From contig MRSU01006473.1 in the NCBI GenBank assembly GCA_008369845.1, positions 1-39,449 on the forward strand: 39,449 nucleotides of DNA. The letters run 5' to 3'. Below, piece by piece: positions 1 through 9,000 of this stretch. The stretch comes from Trichomonas gallinae (taxonomy: Eukaryota). Within the stretch, counting starts at the first letter, position 1. The number at the start of each line of letters is the position of its first letter. The notes under the pieces were generated by a model. It was not told where the DNA came from and ran no database searches. It saw only the letters and a program-made list of their open reading frames with translations. The position numbers and the translations under genes are program-made.

Positions 1-369
1 GGGATAGATGATAACTTATTGTTGTAATGCTTATCATTTTCGAATTAAACAGAAGAACGACGAGATATTGATTATTGTCCAAATAAAATTGCTAATGAAA
101 GTCATATTACTATCTCAGATGCATTTTGTCAGCAGTCAAAATCTGAGATCAGTGTAAATTATTGAATTGAATATGAGGGAGCATCGTCTGTGAGCATTTT
201 AAAATCTAGTTTACAAAAATACGTTATTAAATACAATGTTATTTAGAAGGAATGCCATTCGTAAAATGTAAAAAACCGTTTTTGGGAATTTTCGACCTAT
301 CTAATTAGTATATTCATAAATCATACATATCAGCAATTATCACAAAATCAGTTCGAAACTCGCAAAAAT

Positions 370-1035
370 ATGCTTGCTTTTATTTGCGAGATAGTAAATA
401 ATCAAGAAGGAATATTTAGCAACCATTTTGACGACAAAATTATATCGATTGATGTCAGTGGATCATCAAAACAGTATATTAATGGTTCAAAACAAGAAAC
501 TAAACCAGAATATGCTATTTATCCATGGGAAAAATCATATGATTGGTGCTCAAATTGCGCACATTCATATACAGAACATCCATGGATTACTTTTTCTTTA
601 GATAATAGAAAATTAAGAATTGATGAATATCTTCTACGCGTTGGTTGTTGCTATGACGGATGCTGCTGCGAAGATGAATTCTACAGCTGCGTGCGTTGCT
701 GTCTTTACAGCTGGGCTTTGCAGATTTCAGATGATAAAAAGACTTGGAAAGATATTCATCGTGTTGACAAAGATAGAGAAATGCGTTTTTGCAAAGAAAA
801 AACTTATAAACTTGATAATTACTACGTCGGAAAATATATCAGATTACTTCAGACGGAACCATGCCCTGGGGATCCTCCATGCATCGCTATAAACAAAATA
901 GAACTGTATGGCAACGTCCTCAATGAAGAAAATTCTGTTGTTGATGATGATGATTTTGTTTCTTTCCACGAAGATGATGAAGACATCAGTATAATTGGTC
1001 ATATTTCTAAGAATTACCACATTGAAAAGAAATAA
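370..1035 (+). CDS. F5/8 type C (discoidin / galactose-binding-like) domain protein with a Cys-rich insert and acidic C-terminal tail
   Basis: 221-aa ORF. The motifs PWITFSL..RIDEYLLR, SWALQISDDKKTWKDI, YIRLLQTEP and INKIELYG are typical of the F5/8-C fold. It carries the insert GCCYDGCCCEDEFYSCVRCC. Confidence 0.75.
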   Translation: MLAFICEIVNNQEGIFSNHFDDKIISIDVSGSSKQYINGSKQETKPEYAIYPWEKSYDWCSNCAHSYTEHPWITFSLDNRKLRIDEYLLRVGCCYDGCCCEDEFYSCVRCCLYSWALQISDDKKTWKDIHRVDKDREMRFCKEKTYKLDNYYVGKYIRLLQTEPCPGDPPCIAINKIELYGNVLNEENSVVDDDDFVSFHEDDEDISIIGHISKNYHIEKK

Positions 1036-1383
1036 ATTCTTCATAAATCTGTTGTATTCGGTATTGATGAAATTAATGTTATATCAAAAGATTCATATAG
1101 AATCATGCTATGTATGATAATGAAGATACAAGCATGGTAAAAAACATGCTTCCAAAAATATTAAAATTTATAAATCATTGCGCTGTTCAATGTGAAATAT
1201 ACTTATATTATGAACACATTTGAATATAATGTTTACATTAAGTTTGAGCGATTTTCGCATATATTTTGAAAAATGATATTTTATTAGTGTTTCATCAAAC
1301 ATCCTGCCACATTTATATTATAAAATTTGATCAATTGCATCCAATGGCATATTACAATTGGATTAAAATTGGATATTAAATGT

Positions 1384-1590
1384 TTACTGTTTCTTACGAC
1401 TAGGTTTCTTTCCAGGTCGGCCTAAAGGCATAACAACTCTTGATGCACCAAGGTGACCAGGGGCCTTAAGTTGCATTGGGAGAATATCCTTTGGAATTTG
1501 AATTACAGCTTTGAGCATCTTTCATTTTGTTCATTCAGATCATTTGGCAATTGCTCTTCATCAGATGTTTCTTCGACTGGCTTATCAGAT
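1384..1590 (-). pseudogene. Possible decayed gene 3' end, or a 44-aa small ORF (1518..1384)
   Basis: GC-richer island. The minus strand reads DKPVEETSDEEQLPNDLNEQNER and then, in another frame, MLKAVIQIPKDILPMQLKAPGHLGASRVVMPLGRPGKKPSRKKQ*. Confidence 0.3.
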
Positions 1591-2048
1591 CAGAAGACTT
1601 ATGATACTCAAGAAGATATTTCAAGATTAAAAATCATAAAACAATTTTATATATAGTATATTATACCTTTGTTGGGTCCAGAAAATTTAAGTATAGAAAA
1701 CCATCTGCTGGTGGGAAGCATCCTCTTATAAAGAGTGGAATATGATTATATGCACTTTATTATCCGAGGAGAATTCTTTTTTGTCATGTAAAATATTTAC
1801 ATATCATGATTATAGATTAAATACATTTTTCTCAAAAATTAGTCGATTAACTATCAACTTTTATTTTATTTTTAATTAGCAGTTGCATATACAATTAAGA
1901 TACAAAAGATTTAATTATCGAAAATTAAATAATTTGAGGGGCAGCATCCATCAGATTTTAGAGTGCACAAAGATATTTGACCGCAAATACGTGATATATG
2001 CATAGAGATACATAAATTTATCACACAATTTTGAACATTTAAGCAGAA

Positions 2049-4862
2049 ATGGATATTTCTGTTCTTATTAGTGGCTTGAATGGCCAACCGGAAGTACAGG
2101 AACAAGTTAACGCAATTATTGAAAACCCGGAATGCTTGCAGCCACTCCTTGAAGCTTTATTAACACCAGAAGTTCAAAATAATCGCGATGCTTTCTGGGC
2201 TGTTTCTACAGCATTAAAAGAAGTATTTCGAAGAGGATATCATGAAAATAAAGAAATGGAAACCACAGATGAGTTTATTATCGGTATTTTAACTCCTTTA
2301 ATTCAAATCATGTCGAATAAACCAACAGAATCAGCAGAATTACTCGAAATTTCAAGACTTTCTATCAACATTTCATCCATTAATGTAAGCAATTGGATGC
2401 TAGAATCAATACATCCTTTCTTTTCTCCAAAATCAAATGATTTTCTACTGATCAATATGCTTAAGATATGCTATTTATGCAGTGACAAGCTTTCAGTTAC
2501 AAACCCAATTGATGATATTCTCCAAAATTTGATTCAATTATTTTTATATATCTTAGATAAGCAGAAAACTGCTTTCAATCCCGATTTAGTTGAAATAGTA
2601 GCCAAGTTAATGAAATTATTTATTACAAAATGCGTTTTTGCACTCGAAAATCCTGAAATTGCAAATATTCTACAGCAAATCATCGATATATTACAAGTTG
2701 AGAAACATGATGAAGCTACAATAAGAATGAAAAGCGCAATTCTCAAACTTATTTCGTCAACAATCACAACATTTTCATTTAAATTTAATAAACCAACGAA
2801 TGACGTGTTCAAAGGTGTGTTTAACTCAACAATTCTTCCACATATTGTCAATGTAATCGTTTCTTTATTTCCTTATTATATTAACAACAGATCTCAGCTT
2901 AATGATCAGATTTTGACTCAATTAATTAACATTGCAACAACAATCAACAAAAATTATGGTAAAGTTGACGGTAATGTTTTCATGTCGGAAGATTTTATCG
3001 TTCAATATATACTTCCTGCTTCAATTTTAAGTAATGATCAGATTATTGAGTATTTTATGAACCCAATTCAGTATCTTACATTTGAACTCGGCGAATATCC
3101 ATCACAGGACACAGTTAGATCATCAATTTGCCTGTTTCTCGAAGATTTCAATGATATCGATTTCTCATCGGTTCTTCCAGGCGACGACGTTGAGGATATC
3201 TATGAGAAAGAAGCTAGATTTTTCCTATTCCAAGCAAAGACCACAGGAACATTCGCAAAGAAGGGTAAAAAGGGCCGCAAAGCAATCCCAAAAAGGATTG
3301 CAAATCCTATTCATGAGTTTTTCCTTTCTCTTCCAATTTCTGAAGCTTTGCCTTTCGATGTATCTCCAATACTCTCGAATATCGATGCTAATATTGGCGA
3401 GCTTCGCAATGAAATCAGTATTTTAATGCTAATTCCAACAATTATGCTGATATTGCGCAGATCAGATCTACCATCAAGCGTTCTTCGCGCAGAGGCCTGG
3501 GAAATGCTCAATTCTACAAACGAGACAAACTTTGTTATGTTATACGCATGCACATCACTCCTAAACAGTGCAATTAACCTCAGCAGTGACCTTGGCGATA
3601 TTTCATGCGCTGACCTCATCACAAAATTGCTTTCAATCAATTCATCAGATCAAAAGATTTCAGTTGTCAACGATTTACTTCATTTCGTGATGGAAAACTT
3701 TGATGAAGCTAAGGCATTCTCTGTTGAGCTTCTTCAGCCGCTCGTAGAACAGTGGCAGTCAGCATTTGTTGAATTAACAGATAATCCTGATGATGTTTCA
3801 GATGAGGCAATGGCAGCTTACGAAAGCCTCGTTGATAACATATCTGAAGTAGTCAGAAACATGCCAGTTGAATCTCTCGGTGATGTTGCGACATTTCTTA
3901 TGAACACTGCAGCTGATTCAATCAAATATCATCCAGATAACGGATATGTCATCCTTAAACCACTTGTTGGTGTTTTCAATAGGATTGCTGTTGTTCCTTC
4001 ATCATTTTCCGAATTTTTGGGATTCATCGATGAAATTATCAATTTAAAGGTTTCACAGACAGCGGAAATCGAACTCACAGAGATTGCCAGCATTTTGATC
4101 AACATTATAACCAAAATGGCCGAGTTTGGAACAGATGATAGTTTTGTTCAGCTGATTCTTTCGATTATCGAGCGTTGTTTCAATCCAGAGGCACAGTTAT
4201 TCATCACCGATATTGCATCCATCATTGTTGTCTCGGCAGCGCTGATTTCAGTTAGAAATGATATTATTCCAAACGTTTTGCCGATGATCAGCACATTCAT
4301 CCTAAACTACGAGGATTCGTCATCAGTTGTCATTGCGGCAGCAGCCTACGTCTACACAACAGCCCTCTCCATCAATCTGGATTTCGCCCAATTAATTCCA
4401 GGTGAAGTCGTCGAGCTGTGGATTGCGAACACTATTATGGAGACTGAGAACCCAGAGCAGCCGTACGAGAGGCATCCTAATGCACCAAGGGAGCTCAAGA
4501 ACATGAAGGTGTGGCTCAGCGGCCTGTGCTATCTCACGAGAGTCAACCAAGAGGTCGGCCAGTCAGCCTTAGTTTTCGCTGGCCCAGTCGCAAGTGCTAT
4601 GAACAAGGAGAAGCAGAACCGTGAGAGACAAGAGGAGATGAAGAAGCTTCTCCAAGAAGCGGATAACTTCGAAGAAGAAGATTTCGACGGAGAAAACTTT
4701 GAGGAAGAAGATGAAGATGAGTTCATTGGCGAGGAAGAATGGTTTGTCGACAAAGATACAAAACTTCCATGCGAGTCACTGAATCCTATGAAATTATTCT
4801 TGGAAACATTCGACCAATCTGTAATACCACCGAAGTTGCTTGAATTAGCAAAAAATTTATAA
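2049..4862 (+). CDS. Importin-beta family karyopherin, importin-7/8-like (HEAT repeats, acidic C-terminal loop)
   Basis: 937-aa helical ORF with an IBN_N-like N-terminus (..VSTALKEVFRRGY). The segment YILPASILSNDQIIEYFMNPIQYL resembles the importin-7 'IFPLMCY...WQEDPYEYI' region. A long D/E tract lies near the C-terminus. Confidence 0.65.
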   Translation: MDISVLISGLNGQPEVQEQVNAIIENPECLQPLLEALLTPEVQNNRDAFWAVSTALKEVFRRGYHENKEMETTDEFIIGILTPLIQIMSNKPTESAELLEISRLSINISSINVSNWMLESIHPFFSPKSNDFLLINMLKICYLCSDKLSVTNPIDDILQNLIQLFLYILDKQKTAFNPDLVEIVAKLMKLFITKCVFALENPEIANILQQIIDILQVEKHDEATIRMKSAILKLISSTITTFSFKFNKPTNDVFKGVFNSTILPHIVNVIVSLFPYYINNRSQLNDQILTQLINIATTINKNYGKVDGNVFMSEDFIVQYILPASILSNDQIIEYFMNPIQYLTFELGEYPSQDTVRSSICLFLEDFNDIDFSSVLPGDDVEDIYEKEARFFLFQAKTTGTFAKKGKKGRKAIPKRIANPIHEFFLSLPISEALPFDVSPILSNIDANIGELRNEISILMLIPTIMLILRRSDLPSSVLRAEAWEMLNSTNETNFVMLYACTSLLNSAINLSSDLGDISCADLITKLLSINSSDQKISVVNDLLHFVMENFDEAKAFSVELLQPLVEQWQSAFVELTDNPDDVSDEAMAAYESLVDNISEVVRNMPVESLGDVATFLMNTAADSIKYHPDNGYVILKPLVGVFNRIAVVPSSFSEFLGFIDEIINLKVSQTAEIELTEIASILINIITKMAEFGTDDSFVQLILSIIERCFNPEAQLFITDIASIIVVSAALISVRNDIIPNVLPMISTFILNYEDSSSVVIAAAAYVYTTALSINLDFAQLIPGEVVELWIANTIMETENPEQPYERHPNAPRELKNMKVWLSGLCYLTRVNQEVGQSALVFAGPVASAMNKEKQNRERQEEMKKLLQEADNFEEEDFDGENFEEEDEDEFIGEEEWFVDKDTKLPCESLNPMKLFLETFDQSVIPPKLLELAKNL

Positions 4863-5206
4863 AGAAATAGAATTTTTTTTTTGACATTTTACATTTACAT
4901 TTTCGACAGTTTATACATTTTTGTCATCATTTTCATTATTTGACAGTTTACATATTTTTTTGACAACAGATTCTATAAATCTGACATGTATACTTTGTCA
5001 AACAAAAATGTACGTTATTGCTCGTCATATACATCATAGCTATGTAGATAATATCCCACAAATCTTCGTATTTTAAAGCATATGACCATAATCACAATAC
5101 ATATATCATAGATTTTAAGAATTTATATGTCAAATTTTTAAGAAATTTGTCAAAATTTAAGTTTACAAAGATTCAGCGAACATTTGACTACTACTATTTT
5201 TTTTTT

Positions 5207-5734
5207 ATGCTGAACTTGCAGAATGACTCAGACTTAAAGATTAGGGCTAGGATATACGCAGATAAATTGCAGAATGACCCAGAATTCAAGGACATTAAGA
5301 GTCCTCTTGCAAAACAAATAGCGATAATTAAAAAAACAGAACAATATTTCCTCTCGCAAAGCGAGGAAAATCGACCACGCTTAGATCCCAATGACTACAT
5401 AGCTGTCAATAAATTACTTGATTATCATAAGATGTGCCTAACATTACATTCTCTACTTGAAATTCTCAAGGCTGAACGAGAAATTCAAAATCCTCCATCC
5501 AAGAATTCTAATAAGCCAGATACTAAATCCATAAATTCTCAAGAGTCAGATACTAAATCCACGAATTCTAGGTTGAAATATTTGCAATCTGAACCAAAAC
5601 CTGAACCAATATATAAACCAAGACAATCATTGGCAGAAAAATACACGATGGAGATAGAAGATTTCAACGAATTTTACAAATATAATGAAGAAATTGAAAA
5701 ATTGATAAAATTCTTACAGATACTCTTACCTTGA
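5207..5734 (+). CDS. Hypothetical protein with a possible LisH-like segment; 3' end possibly truncated
   Basis: The first ATG is at 5207 (the track's start at 5147 is TTG). Possible LisH-like segment YIAVNKLLDYHKMCLTLHSL. Short internal repeat DTKSINSQES/DTKSTNS. Confidence 0.55.
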   Translation: MLNLQNDSDLKIRARIYADKLQNDPEFKDIKSPLAKQIAIIKKTEQYFLSQSEENRPRLDPNDYIAVNKLLDYHKMCLTLHSLLEILKAEREIQNPPSKNSNKPDTKSINSQESDTKSTNSRLKYLQSEPKPEPIYKPRQSLAEKYTMEIEDFNEFYKYNEEIEKLIKFLQILLP

Positions 5735-6028
5735 AGAACAAGGAGAGAATATCTGCGAGCAATGCGCAAAATTAGTAAAAGGACACACGATTATTTTCAA
5801 AACAATGTTTTTCCAAAAAATTTACGAAAAACGAATTGTTATCATATATATAATCTATAAAATTCGCGAAAATAACTCAATAGCGGAACTCCTAAAATTC
5901 ATTGAAATAAATCTGATGTATACAGCAACTATTTTGGTATTTAGCGTACTATTAGGTTTTCGGTGTACCTGTAAGTTATTAATAAAATTTCCAATTTATA
6001 AAGAAAACACAAAAATATATTTAAAAAA

Positions 6029-9000
6029 TTATTCAGTTGAAATTTTGTCCAATTCATTCCAGTCTTTGTCAGCATTCTTCACAGCAGTCAGCTGCTTATT
6101 TAAGTCGATGAGATTCAGCAAGTTCTGATTTCTCTCGTTTCTCGCTTCGGTCCTTCTGACTGTTTGTCGGAGCTCTGACTGCGCGGCAGCCAATACTGAG
6201 ACACCGCTCATTGTCGTGTAGTACCTGTTCTTCAGTATCTCGTATTCCTTCTTAGACCTGGAGTCGTCCAACTCCGGAGAAACACCAATCGGCGAAGATG
6301 ATCTACTCATGACTTTTTCGTCGTGATTTTGCTCAGTTGTTACGTCGCGTGACTTGACGTACTCTTTGAGTGACTCGTTGATAGACTCCAGCTCGCTGTT
6401 GCACAGCTTCGCGTTCTCAACCATCATGCGGCCATGTTCGACGGAGCGTTTGAGTATTGGTAGTGTTGCGATTTTTTCTTCGTCGGCGACATTTGCGTCG
6501 AACAAGGCGGCTGTCATGTGACCTAAAGCAGTCTGCTCGAACATGTTAAGCGGGCGATCCAATGTAGCCTTAGGCGTCATTTGGACTATATTCTCCGGCT
6601 CTGTTTCCTCAGCGATGGACGGTTTTCTTAGTGGTAGTTCTTTGCCGATAGATTTACCGAGTTTTTCTGATATCATCGGGATCAAGTCGACGATTCTGTA
6701 CATAGATATCATCGTCGAAATGGAGACGTGCAGCTGGAAGAACGGCAGGGCTGATGCTGTCTCTATTGTGGTGAATCTGCTCTTTTGTCCTTCCAAGAAT
6801 TGGAAAGCGAATCTCAGTTTCCTTAATGTTCCGATGCTCGGGCAGATTTCGAACTGCTTGAGCAGGAATGTAATCGATTTGATCTCACGCTGTATGTCTA
6901 TGGCCGGGGAGTCCTGTATGACGTCGATGATCTTGTTGGAAAGATGCCTGAACTCGCCGTGGAAATCTGACATTGGGAGGTTTTCAAGACACATGGTGAA
7001 GTTGTTCCACTCGTCAACCAAGTTGTTCATCTTTGCGCTCTCTGACTTTCGTGGGCCGAATTTAGACGAGACATCCTTGATGACAGTCAACACGCGAGTC
7101 AAATCGATATAAAGTTTGCAGAGTCTTGATGGCTTCGCTTGCACTAAGCTTTCGATCTCGTTTTGCAGCTCGAAGACCAATAATTCGACGGCCAAAAAGT
7201 CTGTGCCGAACATGCAAGGGTCCTTCTTCTTGCGCTGAACAACTGGGCAGACTCTGTCGAAGGCTACTGAAATGTCAACTAACTGCTGTAGTACGGAAAG
7301 TGATGTCAGTCTATCGTCGATCTTCTCCCAGCTGCATTGTATTGGAGCGACGCTTAATTCCGCTTTGAAGCGCGACATCGCTTTGATGTGCTCAGCTAAG
7401 AAGTTGTCATCGAATCCGCTTTCGACGTATTTAGTGACAGGTGTCAGGTTTTGGAGGAATATTTCGTAGATGTTTGAATCCAAGAAAGATGATAATGTTA
7501 TGTGCTCGCAGTTCAATCTCCTGAAGAAATCTCCAAAGTCGAAGAAATCTATGTCGATGATTGTAACAAGTTCCTTGGCATCAAACAATGCGCGAGATCT
7601 TCTTAACACTTTGACGCCCGAAATGAGAGACGAAAAGTTCGAGAACATGTTCGATTTGACGACTTGGTCGATTTCGTGGAATAAAAGTGGAGAGTTTTCT
7701 CTGACGAATCTTGTCTTATCTAGCAAGCCACCGACCAAGACCTTGAGCATCTTCAGGTCAGGAGCGAATGTTGGTAGTCCTCCTTTGGCGAACAGAAGGC
7801 ATCTGCTCAATCTGAAGAAAGCAAAAGCACGGTTTGTCAGTCTCCTGATTAAAGAAAGCGGCGAAGTTTGGTCTCCTGCAGTGTCTGTCGCCTTGAAGAT
7901 GTCGTAAGCTACTCCTCTGCACTCTAGTAGACCTGGGAGCCAAGAGAAGTCCATGTTCTTCAGCTGAGGCTGCAAGGCAGTCAAAACTTTGCTCAAGTCG
8001 CCGATTTGTTGTGTCTTAGGATGCGGCGGGCATTCTCTTGGGTATCCTCTGCCTCTGCTTGGAGGATTGAACTCGACCAGCATCTGAAGAAGGTCGTCGA
8101 GCATCCTCTCGCAAGCTTGTACGACTTTCTCGTTGAACGATTTATAGAAAAATGTCAGGTTTTCATATGATGTCTGCGAGATTTCCGCATCGATTTCTGC
8201 GAGCTCTGTCTCGAAGTTCGCTGTGTCTCCCTTCCACTCCTCCTTGAACTCCTCGTAGACCTGCCTAGCTCTAGAGTGGACGAGCTCCTCTGTGTAGCTC
8301 GGGAACTGCGGATGGACGGACACGTGATCGATGGAGAAAACTTTCTGTGCGAAAGGTGACCATAGGGCAACTTCATCTTCGCTGAAAACAACCTGAGAAG
8401 CGTCAACATTCACCTCTTCGCTCTTCGGCTCAGTTGAACTTGTGTCAGTGTTATCTGCTTCTGATGACTCAACGACAACATCAGGGTTGGTATTAACTCT
8501 CTCCAAGAAACAGAGCAAACACTTAAGCATCGTTTTCATGAAAAAGTGACTGTTAAGCTGAGCGAACATATCTATGGCAGTGAACAATTGCTCGAACTGG
8601 CTGGCGACTTGGTTGTCTGGATGATGCGTGATGTACTGGTTGAGCATCTTCCTCAATATTGACATTTTGATGTCCATTTCTGAAACTGTTGTTCTTTTTG
8701 GCGGAGAATGTGGAAGATTTGAAAGCCAACCTGTCAATTGGCCGAGAAGTTTACTTGGGAGTGCATCAATCTGCTCTCGCCTGACAATTGTCGCGCTAGA
8801 ATAAATTGATTTGTATTGCGCGTTGAATTTCGTGACGTAGTCAGCTGATGTCCATCTCTTGAGGATGGATGTCGCAAGTGTTCTGAATTCATCGATTTTC
8901 GCTAAGACTTCGTTAATATTCAAATTCAATAAATTCAAATTCGCGAAATAATCAGCGAAAGGTGCGAATTCAGGCCACTTAGGTGCAAGTTCTGATGTAG

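Noticed and set aside
1..246. Coding-like frame 1 with stops (..DIDYCPNKIANESHITISDAFC..)
   Set aside because: Several stops, cut by the window edge, and no recognisable family. Too weak to call.
1660..1960. Two similar words, GGGAAGCATCC and GGGCAGCATCC, as a possible ncRNA or repeat
   Set aside because: The match is only ~11 bp, with no supporting structure.
5805..6128. 107-aa plus-strand ORF as an independent gene
   Set aside because: AT-rich, UTR-like composition, and it overlaps the end of the convergent large gene.
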